The notes under the pieces: model-generated
Database searches by the model: none
The model's input: only the letters and a program-made list of their open reading frames with translations
Told to the model about the DNA's origin: nothing
Part shown: piece after piece, positions 9,470-18,443 of the stretch
Layout of the letters: each line of letters starts with the position of its first letter
Position numbering within the stretch: the stretch's first letter is position 1
DNA from: a bacterium
GTDB lineage: Bacteria; Desulfobacterota; DSWW01
NCBI GenBank assembly: GCA_040756235.1
Contig: JBFLZG010000051.1
Location: 1 to 64,000 of the forward strand
Direction: 5' to 3'
DNA: 64,000 nucleotides
Position numbers and translations under genes: made by a program

Positions 9470-10115
9470 GGATCTTTCCTTCCGCGAGCTCGAGGTGCCG
9501 ATCTCTGCCGTTGGAGATCCCTTCGAGCGGCTGGTGGCTCACGATCACGAGCCCGGTGTTTTCCAGGCTCGATCGGGAGATCCAGTCCCGGATCGCCTGG
9601 GCCGATTCGGGATCCAGGTTGGCCACCGGCTCGTCCAGAAGCAGGAACTCCGGCCGCAGGAGCGTGGCGCGGATGATCGCTGCACGCTGCAGCTCGCCGG
9701 CCGACAGGCCCTGGGCCTCCCGCCGGAGCAGCTCCGCATTCAGGCGAAACTCGGACAGGAGCGACCGGATCCGTTCCTCCTCGGGCGCCTTCTTCCCCTT
9801 GTGGACGGCCAGGGAGAATGGCATGAGGAGGTTCTCGAGCAGCGACTTTCCCTGCTCTATGACCGGAGCCTGGTGGAGGTAGACGATGCGGCTGCGCAGC
9901 TCGGAATAGCGGAGCGAGCCGTAAGGGCGGCCGTCCAGCGTCAGAACACCGCCCGTCGGCAGGAGAAACAGACTCAGGAGACGCAGGAGAGTCGTTTTGC
10001 CGGACCCGGACCTTCCCTTGAGGAGAATGATCTCTCCCCTGGAGATCGAAAGGTTCACGCCTCCGAACAGGAGCCGGTCCGGATAGCCGAACGAAACGTC
10101 CCTGAGCTCGATCAT
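9453..10115 (-). CDS. ABC transporter ATP-binding protein (FetA-like)
   Basis: Walker A GRSGSGKTT, signature LSAGELQR, Walker B LLLDEP, H-loop VSH. Overlaps the fetB start. Confidence 0.9.
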   Translation of the reverse strand: MIELRDVSFGYPDRLLFGGVNLSISRGEIILLKGRSGSGKTTLLRLLSLFLLPTGGVLTLDGRPYGSLRYSELRSRIVYLHQAPVIEQGKSLLENLLMPFSLAVHKGKKAPEEERIRSLLSEFRLNAELLRREAQGLSAGELQRAAIIRATLLRPEFLLLDEPVANLDPESAQAIRDWISRSSLENTGLVIVSHQPLEGISNGRDRHLELAEGKIHERRG

Positions 10116-10244
10116 GGGCGGGACCCCGGAGGCCGTAAGCCGAGCAAGGCAAAAGCGTTAGAAGTATAGAGTCGGGGCAGGCGGGGGGTCAATGGAAGGT
10201 GGACGTGCGGGTGGATGCAGCCGGAAGGTCCAAGGTGAAAGGAA

Positions 10245-10272
10245 GTAGGGGCGAAAGATTTTTCGCCCCTGC
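10245..10272 (+). repeat. GTAG REP-like hairpin
   Basis: GTAGGGGCGAAAGATTTTTCGCCCCTGC, near-identical to 8583-8610. Confidence 0.7.
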
Positions 10273-10280
10273 CCCTTGCG

Positions 10281-13088
10281 TCACTCGTTGGCTGCAAGGG
10301 CTTCGGGGACTTCGGACGGGAGCCGGGCGGCCCCTGCTGCGGCGGGCAGGGTGAAGTGGAACGTGCTCCCTTTGCCCTTGACGCTCTCCACCCAGATGTT
10401 GCCCCCGTAGTGGTGGATGATCTCCTTGCAGATGGGCAGCCCCAGGCCCGAGCCTTTCGGCTTGTCTGTCAGGGTGTCGGCCGTGATCTGCCGAAAATGA
10501 TCGAAGATGATCTGGAAGTGCTTCTCCTCGATCCCGATCCCCTCGTCGGACACGCTCACCCGGATCCATTGCGGGCTTTCTCCGAGCCGCTTGCCTTCGA
10601 AGACGGCCGCGCGGATGCGGATCTCGCCGCTCGGTCGGGAAAACTTCACGGCGTTTCCCACGAGATTGGTGAGGACCTGCTGGATCTTGTCCCGATCGGC
10701 CAACGCCCGAGGCAGATCGGGCGCGATCACGAGCGTGAGCCGCAGCGACTTCTCCTCCAGGAGCCGCATCTGGGCCATGGCCACGTTGCGGATGATCTCG
10801 TCGAGCGAGAGCGGAGCGTCCTGCCAGATCATCTTGCCGGCCTTGATCCGGGAAAGATCCAGCACGTCGTTGACCAGCCGCGTGAGCCGTTCGCTCTCGG
10901 CATTGATGATTTCGAGGAATTCTTTTCGGGTCTTGCCCTCCACGCCGTCATATTCCAGCAGGATTTCGGAAAAGGAGCGGATGGCCGTCAGGGGAGTCCG
11001 GAATTCATGCGAGACGGTCGAGAGGAAGGAGTCCTTGAGCTGGTCCAACTCCCGCAGCTCTTCATAGGCCCTCTCCAGGTCGGCCGTTCTTTCCCGGACC
11101 CGGGTTTCCAGCTCCTCGTTGAGCTTCTTGATTTCCGCCTCGTCCGACTTGCGCCGCGTGATGTCCCGCGAGTAAGCCAGGATCGAGCTCGATCCCGTGT
11201 CGTCGCAAAGGCCGGTGACGATCGTTTCGAAGTACTTCCAGGTGCCGTCCTTCTGGCGGACCCTGTACTCGACGTGCTTCGGGCTGTTCGGGTTTTCTGT
11301 GGCCCACTGAAAGGTTGCCTGCACTTGCCCGACGTCTTCGAAATGGACGAGGTCGGTGTATCTCCCCCCCATCAACTCCTCCGCGGTGTAGCCCAACACC
11401 CGCTCCACGGAAGGGCTGACGTAGCGCCGCCTTCCGTCAGGCTCGAAAATGACGATGACGTCCGAGGAGTTCTGGACCAGGGAGCGGAACCGCGCCTCGC
11501 TCTGACGCAGCTCGGCCTCGACCCGCAGGCGCTCCGCCATCTCCTGCCGGAGCTGCTCCATCGTGCCCTGCAGGACGGCGGTGCGCTCTTCCACCAGCTC
11601 CCGGAGGTGGTCCCGATGCCTGCGCAGCTCCTCTTCGACCTTTTTGCGCTCGGTGATGTCCCGGGAGTTGACGACGATGCCGCCGACGGCCGGATCGTCG
11701 AGCAGATTCCTGGCGATCGACTCGAGGGTGCGCCAGGTGCCGTCGCCGTGCCGGAACCGGTATTCGGCCACCATGGACGATCCCGGCTTCTCGAGGATGC
11801 GGAGAAACTTCTCGAGAACCGGACCGGCATCTTCCTGGTGGACGAGCTCGAACGGATTGTTTCCGATCATCGCGTCGGGTTTGTACCCCATGATGAGCTG
11901 GAAGGACTGCCCCTGATAACGCGCTGTTCCTCTTGCGTCCAGGACCGTGACGAGATCGGAAGAGTGCTCGATGAGGGAGCGGAACCGCCTCTCGCTCTGA
12001 CGCAGCTCCTCCTCCTTCCGCAGACGGTCGCGGATGTCCCTGCAGGCCAGCACGGCGCCGAGCACGCCTCCGCGCCAGCCGCGGATGAGCGAGAGAGAGC
12101 AGGCGGTCCGGATGGGAGTGCCGTCCTTTGCCAGCAGCGTGACCAGGAAGTTTTCCGGCCCTGCTTCGGCTCCCCGTCGCCCCTGGAGAAAGGAAGTCAG
12201 GAGCTCTCGGTCTTGCGGGTCGAGCAAGACCTTGAGCGGCTTGCCGAGCAGCTCTCCCTTCTCGTAGCCGAGGAGCTTTCTGGTCGCGTGGTTGCTCATG
12301 CGCACGAATCCGGCTCCGTCCACGGCCAGGATCGCTTCACCGACCGTCGAGAGAACGTTGCGGGCCAGCCGCTCAGGGCTGGGGTTCAAGAGCTGGTAGC
12401 GATAGTCGAGCCACCAGAAGAAGGTGACGAAGAAGACGATCGACATGAACCCGAAGGGGTAGACCCCGACGCCGAATGCGGGCAGAAAATCCCAGGAACC
12501 CAGGCAGGTTGGCACGAAGGTGAGGGCGGCCAGGCGCACGTACCGTTTCTGGACATGGAAAGCAGCCGCCGGCACGCCCTGGAGCAGGGTGCGGAAGGCC
12601 AGGGCCAGACAGAGCGAGAAGAATCCGATGAACGGTACGCCTCCCATGCCGAATCGGGGATAGAAGCCCCACCGTGCCTTCCACATGTCCTGGATGACGA
12701 AATGTCCGAACAGAGCGTCGAGGGCCCATGCAAGAGCCATGACATAGCCTGCCAGGATCCACTTCCTGTTCTTCCGGAGCCGATGGGTGAGAGCCGAGGT
12801 GAAGAGCAGGACCCCCGGCGGAAGGAAGACGACCCCGAAGTGGGAGAGCCGGTACCATTTTTCCGCGGTTGACTGTTCCAGGCTGAGGAACATGAGGCCG
12901 GCGCCCAGGTTCCAGAGCACGGCACAGATCGCCATGAGGAAAAAGGTCTGGTTGGTCCGGGACCGGTGGTTGAACGAGAATCCCCAGGCGGCGAAGACGG
13001 CAATGTACAGCACCGTGGAGAGTCGGGCCAGCGCCGTCCAAGTCAACGCGTACGGTTGCGGATCCAGCATACGAGCTTTTCCTGCCAA
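10281..13088 (-). CDS. Membrane-bound (7TM) multi-PAS sensor histidine kinase
   Basis: Hydrophobic N-terminus, three PAS/PAC segments ending RDI, H-box VSHEFRTPL, N-box NLVGNAVKF, G-boxes DEGIGI and GSGLGL. Start is 13088 (TTG) or 13070 (ATG). Confidence 0.93.
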   Translation of the reverse strand: MAGKARMLDPQPYALTWTALARLSTVLYIAVFAAWGFSFNHRSRTNQTFFLMAICAVLWNLGAGLMFLSLEQSTAEKWYRLSHFGVVFLPPGVLLFTSALTHRLRKNRKWILAGYVMALAWALDALFGHFVIQDMWKARWGFYPRFGMGGVPFIGFFSLCLALAFRTLLQGVPAAAFHVQKRYVRLAALTFVPTCLGSWDFLPAFGVGVYPFGFMSIVFFVTFFWWLDYRYQLLNPSPERLARNVLSTVGEAILAVDGAGFVRMSNHATRKLLGYEKGELLGKPLKVLLDPQDRELLTSFLQGRRGAEAGPENFLVTLLAKDGTPIRTACSLSLIRGWRGGVLGAVLACRDIRDRLRKEEELRQSERRFRSLIEHSSDLVTVLDARGTARYQGQSFQLIMGYKPDAMIGNNPFELVHQEDAGPVLEKFLRILEKPGSSMVAEYRFRHGDGTWRTLESIARNLLDDPAVGGIVVNSRDITERKKVEEELRRHRDHLRELVEERTAVLQGTMEQLRQEMAERLRVEAELRQSEARFRSLVQNSSDVIVIFEPDGRRRYVSPSVERVLGYTAEELMGGRYTDLVHFEDVGQVQATFQWATENPNSPKHVEYRVRQKDGTWKYFETIVTGLCDDTGSSSILAYSRDITRRKSDEAEIKKLNEELETRVRERTADLERAYEELRELDQLKDSFLSTVSHEFRTPLTAIRSFSEILLEYDGVEGKTRKEFLEIINAESERLTRLVNDVLDLSRIKAGKMIWQDAPLSLDEIIRNVAMAQMRLLEEKSLRLTLVIAPDLPRALADRDKIQQVLTNLVGNAVKFSRPSGEIRIRAAVFEGKRLGESPQWIRVSVSDEGIGIEEKHFQIIFDHFRQITADTLTDKPKGSGLGLPICKEIIHHYGGNIWVESVKGKGSTFHFTLPAAAGAARLPSEVPEALAANE

Positions 13089-13249
13089 GGCCTCTTGCAG
13101 ACACCCTCTTAGGAGTCAGGGCCTATACGCTTAATATCGAACAGTTTTAAGACGATCTTGAGATTCTCTCGCGGATCTCTGTAACGCTTTCGGTGCCGGA
13201 ACAATCCAAGAGGCATGGGCTATGGTTCACCACTCGAGGAGGATGACAG

Positions 13250-13804
13250 ATGAAGAACAAATCGTCGGCTCGAGATCACATGAAGGAAGGGGCTTTCCAT
13301 TTCGCCCTGAATCAATTTGAAGAGAGTGTGGAGCACTTTTCCAATGCCATCGAAGCAGACCCGAAACATCACATGGCCTTTCTGAGCCGCGGCGTGGCCT
13401 ATGCGAAGATGGACCGGCCGGACCTTGCCAAGGCGGATTTCGACCGGGCCATCGAGCTCAACCCGCACGATCCGAGGGGTTATCATTTTCGCGGGCTGAC
13501 CCACCTGAGCCGGGGAAATCGGGGGGCCGCGAAGAGCGATTTCGACAAGGCCATCGAGCTCAACCCGCGCTACGGCGTTGCCTACTTCAGCCGCGGGACG
13601 ACCCTATCCGAGATGGGCGACGCCGATACGGCCGGCCGCGACATGGTCATGGCCGCACGGCTGGGTGAAGCGAACCTGCAGGAGTTCTCCGATTATTACA
13701 ACATCTGGAGAACCCAGTTCGACAAGACCGAGGCGGTGCTGCTGAAGGAAAGAGAAGCGGACATCGCCGTGAAACCGGATCTCACTTCGTGGCTGGAGGA
13801 CTGA
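13250..13804 (+). CDS. Tetratricopeptide repeat protein
   Basis: RBS GAGGAGG; repeated TPR units (DFDRAIELNP, DFDKAIELNP). Confidence 0.9.
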   Translation: MKNKSSARDHMKEGAFHFALNQFEESVEHFSNAIEADPKHHMAFLSRGVAYAKMDRPDLAKADFDRAIELNPHDPRGYHFRGLTHLSRGNRGAAKSDFDKAIELNPRYGVAYFSRGTTLSEMGDADTAGRDMVMAARLGEANLQEFSDYYNIWRTQFDKTEAVLLKEREADIAVKPDLTSWLED

Positions 13805-13848
13805 TCGCAAGGAGAAGGGGGGGCAGACGAGCCTAGTCTGTCCCTGCC

Positions 13849-15501
13849 TCACTCTCTCTGGATCGTAAGGTCTCTTCCAAGCACACCGACGCCGTAATTG
13901 CTTCTGTCGGAGGCGTCCGCCGGGTCGAAGGCCCTCTTGATCTTTTCCTGCCACACGTGAAAGTTCCCGTAGTGGGGACCCATGTCCAGGAGGCGTTCCT
14001 GCAGCGTCCGGGTGTAGTCGCCCACGCAGAGGGCGATATCGTTCGGCTCGAAGCCGTCTTTCTGCTCCCTTGCGTTGTCCCTTTCGTCCGTGACGCAGCG
14101 CCTGGCCGCGTTCACTGACTCCGGGTCCGACGCGTCATAGTGATACTCGAGCTCCATGTAGACATAGCCGTTGTTGTCGAACGAATTGTGGTACGTGGAG
14201 TCCACGCCGTCTGCCATGATCTTGCCTTCCTCGATGTACTTCCTTTTCAGCTCCTCCATCGGCCAGCCCATGTGCCGGATGACCGATTCCGCGGTGCCCT
14301 GGTAGCCGGCCGCGATGACGAAACCGCCGCCGTGGTGGATGAAGTGGGTGTCGTTGGCCACCATCTCCAGCAGCAGCTCGTTGTTCATGACTTCCTTGAA
14401 GGAGCCGTCGAGGCCGGCTTCCGGCAGCCATCCGCCGGCTTCCTCCAGGACCTTGAACAAGACCTTCTCCTGGTAGGCGAGCTCTCGGGCGCTCCTGGCG
14501 AACAGGAGCACGTTGACCGGGTGGGGCATGGCCTTCAGCATGGCGTCGATGAAGCCCGACTCGTGCCACTGCCGGATGAGCTGGTTGCTCTGCGCACCGA
14601 CCATGATCGACAAGAAGTGGTCCGGCTCGCCGGCCCGGAAGATGGCGTAGGCGATCTCCGCATCCCCGAGCTTGTAAAGGAAGCTCGTGAGATCCTCGTA
14701 GCCCTTGAACGAGGGCATGTAGCCGCGCACGTTCGGTACGTCCTGGCGGATCTTGTATCCGGTGAAGAACCCCCCCGATTCGGTTCGCAGCTCGGGCGGG
14801 CCGGGCCAGTGGTGGAGCTTGATCGCCGCTTTGGTGAAGACGCCCATGCCGCCCTGCGCGCCGCAGTGGCCCCGCATCAGGCCGCGCAGGCTCGGGCCGG
14901 GGCCGTCGCCCGAGAACCAGCCGTCCTCGGGCCCCAGCCGCAGGAGCTCGCCCGTCGGCAGGACCCACTCCACTCCGAGCGCGTTCCGGCCGTTGTGCCC
15001 TCCGTGATTGCCCATGACGTTCATGCCCCAGCCGGAAGTCACGTTGGCCAGCACCGAAGCCTGGGACCCTGCCTGCACGGCGGTCACGAACAGGCCGCGC
15101 TTCATCGCCTCGGCCGCAAGCTGCGCCCAGACGACGTAGGGCTCGACCACGGCGAACTTGTTGTTGGCGTCGATCTCCAGGATGCGGTTCATGCGCTTGA
15201 GATCGAGCAGCACGACCCCCTCCTGCTGGGGGAAGCCGTGGCTCCCGTACCCGGTGCTGATCGCCTTGTACTTCACCCCGAACCGGTTGCAGGCCTTGAC
15301 CGCGGCCTGCACCTCTTCGACGCTTCCCGGAAGCAGGACGGCTTCCGGCCGGTACCGCATGTACTTCCCGGGCCCTGAGCCGGGATGGAATTCGACCAGC
15401 CAGTTGAACGTGTACCCGTCCAGGACCAGCGGCTCTTCACTGATGTTTTCCGGGCCGACGATATCGGAAAAGACCTGAAAGACCTGCCTGTTCAGGGGCA
15501 T
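13849..15501 (-). CDS. FAD-binding oxidoreductase, VAO/PCMH-like
   Basis: PEAVLLPGSVEEVQ, STGYG, LDLKRMNRILEID, VEPYV, GVEWVLPTGELLRLG, GPGPSLRG, GVFTK, KIKRAFDP. RBS AAGGAG before ATG 15501. Confidence 0.85.
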   Translation of the reverse strand: MPLNRQVFQVFSDIVGPENISEEPLVLDGYTFNWLVEFHPGSGPGKYMRYRPEAVLLPGSVEEVQAAVKACNRFGVKYKAISTGYGSHGFPQQEGVVLLDLKRMNRILEIDANNKFAVVEPYVVWAQLAAEAMKRGLFVTAVQAGSQASVLANVTSGWGMNVMGNHGGHNGRNALGVEWVLPTGELLRLGPEDGWFSGDGPGPSLRGLMRGHCGAQGGMGVFTKAAIKLHHWPGPPELRTESGGFFTGYKIRQDVPNVRGYMPSFKGYEDLTSFLYKLGDAEIAYAIFRAGEPDHFLSIMVGAQSNQLIRQWHESGFIDAMLKAMPHPVNVLLFARSARELAYQEKVLFKVLEEAGGWLPEAGLDGSFKEVMNNELLLEMVANDTHFIHHGGGFVIAAGYQGTAESVIRHMGWPMEELKRKYIEEGKIMADGVDSTYHNSFDNNGYVYMELEYHYDASDPESVNAARRCVTDERDNAREQKDGFEPNDIALCVGDYTRTLQERLLDMGPHYGNFHVWQEKIKRAFDPADASDRSNYGVGVLGRDLTIQRE

Positions 15502-15517
15502 GTGCGTCTCCTTTGGC

Positions 15518-16798
15518 CTAACCACAGGCGTCATGAAGAAGATCCACGGCATTGTAGACCGGGAAGGCGCGGCCTTCCTTGCCTGCCGCGTCCCTCAGGT
15601 TCTTCTCGCACCACGGGCAGCAGGTGACCAACGCTTCGGCCCCCGTGGACCTCGCCTCCTCCAGGCGCTCCCCGGCGGACCACAGAGCGAAGTCCGGGAA
15701 GGCGGATTTCACGCCGCCTCCGGAACCGCAGCACCAGCTGTACTCCCGGACCCGTTCCATCTCGACCAGCTCCACGCCGGGGATGCTCCGGATGACGTTG
15801 CGAGGCGGCTCGAAGACGCCGTTCATGCCCAGCACCTTCGGGACGTTCTTGACCGGCATGCAGCCCATGAACTTCTCCTCCTTGCCGCCCGAGGGGACCC
15901 GCGGCTCCGACAGACGGCCGAGGTGGCAGGGGTCGTGGTACGTGACCCGGAGCGGCAGGGCTTTGTCCGGCTTCAGACGGCCGTCCCGGATCAGAGCGTC
16001 CAGGTACTCGACCGCGTGGACCACTTCGAAGTCGAGCTTCCGGCCCAGGAGGGCGTAATGGGTCTTGAAGAGCCCGTAACAGCCTGCACAGGACGTGACG
16101 ACCTTCCGGACGCCCAGCCGGTTGAAGGTTTCGACGTTCTCGCTGGCGACCTCTTCGAAGAGAGCGTGGTTCCCGATCTGGAACGCGGGGCTCGCGCAGC
16201 ACTTCTCCTTCACGCCCAGAATGCCCACGTCGACGCCGGCCTTCTGCAGCAGCTCGACCGTTCGTACGGCCACACCTTGCAGGTCAGGGTCCAGGCTGTA
16301 GGTGCACCCTGCGTAATAGAGGACCTCGGCCCTTTCCCGGCCGGTCGTGAGGTCCTTGACCTTCAGGTCCCTGGACCAGTGCTTGCGCCGGCCCCGGGGC
16401 TGCATCCACACGTTGTCGTAATTGCGCAGGCTGTCCATGATGCGCTTGTGGGCATCGAGCTGACCGTACTCCCGCTGCACCTTGAATCGAAGCTCCCTCA
16501 GGATCTGCAGGGGCTCCATGTCGGTCCCGACGCGACAGGCCAGGTCGCAGGCGCCGCACATGGTGCACTTGTAGACCACGTCCAGAAGGGCTTCCGAGTA
16601 CCCGATCCTCCCCTCCAGGAGCGAGAGCGCTGCAATCAGCTTGCCGCCGCCGGAATAGGAGTGGAAGTGGAAGCGCGTGCTCGCCGGGCAGGCGTAGGAG
16701 AAGCGCCAGCTCTTGATGATCGATGAAAGCGGGATGAACTTGCAGACCGAGCATCGCACGCACCGGAGCATGTCGTTGCGGTAGTCTTCCAGAGCCAT
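15518..16798 (-). CDS. Fe-S oxidoreductase, HdrD/GlcF-like (ferredoxin plus two CCG domains)
   Basis: CVRCSVC, CTMCGACDLAC, YYAGC, EKCCA, TSCAGC, YHDPCHLGR, CCGSGGG, TCCPWC. Confidence 0.92.
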   Translation of the reverse strand: MALEDYRNDMLRCVRCSVCKFIPLSSIIKSWRFSYACPASTRFHFHSYSGGGKLIAALSLLEGRIGYSEALLDVVYKCTMCGACDLACRVGTDMEPLQILRELRFKVQREYGQLDAHKRIMDSLRNYDNVWMQPRGRRKHWSRDLKVKDLTTGRERAEVLYYAGCTYSLDPDLQGVAVRTVELLQKAGVDVGILGVKEKCCASPAFQIGNHALFEEVASENVETFNRLGVRKVVTSCAGCYGLFKTHYALLGRKLDFEVVHAVEYLDALIRDGRLKPDKALPLRVTYHDPCHLGRLSEPRVPSGGKEEKFMGCMPVKNVPKVLGMNGVFEPPRNVIRSIPGVELVEMERVREYSWCCGSGGGVKSAFPDFALWSAGERLEEARSTGAEALVTCCPWCEKNLRDAAGKEGRAFPVYNAVDLLHDACG

Positions 16799-16828
16799 GA
16801 GTTCTCCTCTGGCCGGGCGGTCTGCCTA

Positions 16829-18295
16829 CTAGAAGCAAAGCTTGCCCGGGTTCAAAATCCAATTGGGGTCGAAAACGGACTTGACCTTCTTCAGTGAATC
16901 CACGAAGGTGGCTTTGGCCCGGTAGACCTCGTCCGCCCACGCGGGGTAGGGTCGCGAGAAGAACGCGCCCTCACGGATCAGTACGGAGCTGGCCTGTTCG
17001 AAGAAGGTCCGTGCCCTGGCGGTCTCGCCCGCGTCATCCGGGTCGAAGTAGATGTCGAGCTCGCAGTGGCAGGAGGTCCCCTGGACGATCGGCTGCAGGT
17101 AGGCCCCGATGTGCGAGTCCGGGATTCCGGCCTCTTTGGCTGTCCGGTGCACCGAATCCAGGTAGCGCACGGAGCGGTCCAGGGTGCTCAGGAAAAAGAT
17201 CTCCCTGAAGTCCCCCCGGACCCGGTATTTCCAGTAGGGCTCCCGAGAGGGACGGTCCAGGACCGAGAGGACGTGGCTGGCCGACACGGCGCCGGCCGTG
17301 TTGTGGAGCGTCTGTCCGCACTGCTGGGCGATTTCGCGGATGTCCCTCTCGAGGTACTCGACCTGCTCCTCGGGAAACCAGGGGCCGCCGGAGATGCAGA
17401 ATGCGAGGGTCCAGAGCGGAAGGCTGCCCGACGTCCGGCGGAAGTCCTCGAGGATCCCGGCTCCCTTCGCGAGGGCGGCCAGTTGCACGCGGTCGAGCAG
17501 GAACAGCTCGTCTGCATACCCCTTCTTGGTGAGCTCGTAGGTGAGGCCGACGAGCTCTTCGAGCCTGTGGCCGGTGGCAAAAAAGAGCCTCTTGATCTTG
17601 GGCAGGATCTCGCACTTGATGCTCGCCCAGGTGGCAACCGCCATCGTCCCCTGGGCGCCCTGGACCAGCCGGTGGTAGTCGAGCTGGTGCGGGCCGAGAG
17701 GAAACTTCTGCGCGCCGCCGATCTTCCACTGGCCCGCGAGGCCGCCCGGGCCTGCGGCCTCCCCGGTCCGGAAGAGATCGCCGGAGCCGAAGACCATTTC
17801 CACGCAGCAGAGCGGATCGGAGATGTCCCAGTGGTAGCGCGGCATCAGCCCGGGCTCGCGCTCGAGCACGCTGGCCAGCACCGATTTGTTGGCGCGCGGC
17901 AGGAGCGGTGCCGCCAGGCGGAGCCCGACCTTCGCCAGCTCGGGCAGGAGCTGGGCGAAGGTCACCCCGGGCTCGACCACCGCGACCCGGTTCTTCCGGT
18001 CGATCCGGATGATGTCGTGGAGCCGCGTGAGGTCCACCATCACACCGCCCATTCTCGGCACGGTGTCCCCGCGCAGGCGGGGCCCGCAGGAGCTGACCGG
18101 GATGAGCGGCACCCGGGTGCGGTTGGCCCAGCGGATCGTTTCCTGCAGCTCCGGGGTGCTGCCGGGCCTGGCCACGCACTGCGGCATCCGCGGGGGAACG
18201 AAGCTGTGGTCCTTGGCATAGGCGCCGAGGATCTCCGGATCGGCCGAGACCCATTGTTCTCCCAGGATCACGGACAGGTCCTTGCTTGCACTCAT
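16829..18295 (-). CDS. FAD-binding oxidoreductase, VAO/PCMH-like
   Basis: PGSTPELQ, RGDTVP, VDLTRL, VEPGVTF, GDLFRTG, GAQGTMAV, KVKSVFDPNWILNPGKL. Confidence 0.87.
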   Translation of the reverse strand: MSASKDLSVILGEQWVSADPEILGAYAKDHSFVPPRMPQCVARPGSTPELQETIRWANRTRVPLIPVSSCGPRLRGDTVPRMGGVMVDLTRLHDIIRIDRKNRVAVVEPGVTFAQLLPELAKVGLRLAAPLLPRANKSVLASVLEREPGLMPRYHWDISDPLCCVEMVFGSGDLFRTGEAAGPGGLAGQWKIGGAQKFPLGPHQLDYHRLVQGAQGTMAVATWASIKCEILPKIKRLFFATGHRLEELVGLTYELTKKGYADELFLLDRVQLAALAKGAGILEDFRRTSGSLPLWTLAFCISGGPWFPEEQVEYLERDIREIAQQCGQTLHNTAGAVSASHVLSVLDRPSREPYWKYRVRGDFREIFFLSTLDRSVRYLDSVHRTAKEAGIPDSHIGAYLQPIVQGTSCHCELDIYFDPDDAGETARARTFFEQASSVLIREGAFFSRPYPAWADEVYRAKATFVDSLKKVKSVFDPNWILNPGKLCF

Positions 18296-18319
18296 GGGCC
18301 CGCCTCCCTCAAAAACGAC

Positions 18320-18337
18320 AAGTGAAACTATTCACTT
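18320..18337. promoter_or_regulatory. Palindromic operator candidate upstream of the flavoprotein operon
   Basis: AAGTGAA-ACTA-TTCACTT, perfect 7-bp arms, about 25 bp upstream of ATG 18295. A minus-strand TTGACA lies at 18371-18376. Confidence 0.5.
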
Positions 18338-18443
18338 TTGACCGACATATTGGGGGCCCTCGCGGGCTCATGTCAAGCAAAAAAACATCTTTTGAACAGC
18401 CGGCAGTTCCCGGCCGGGCTGCTGAGACAGGAGGGCGCGACCC

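Noticed and set aside
10356..12872. Long antisense or alternate-frame ORFs (also 3617-5554, 36091-38865, 40180-41493, 61922-63472 and others)
   Set aside because: Shadow ORFs of high-GC coding DNA overlapping well-supported genes; no motifs.
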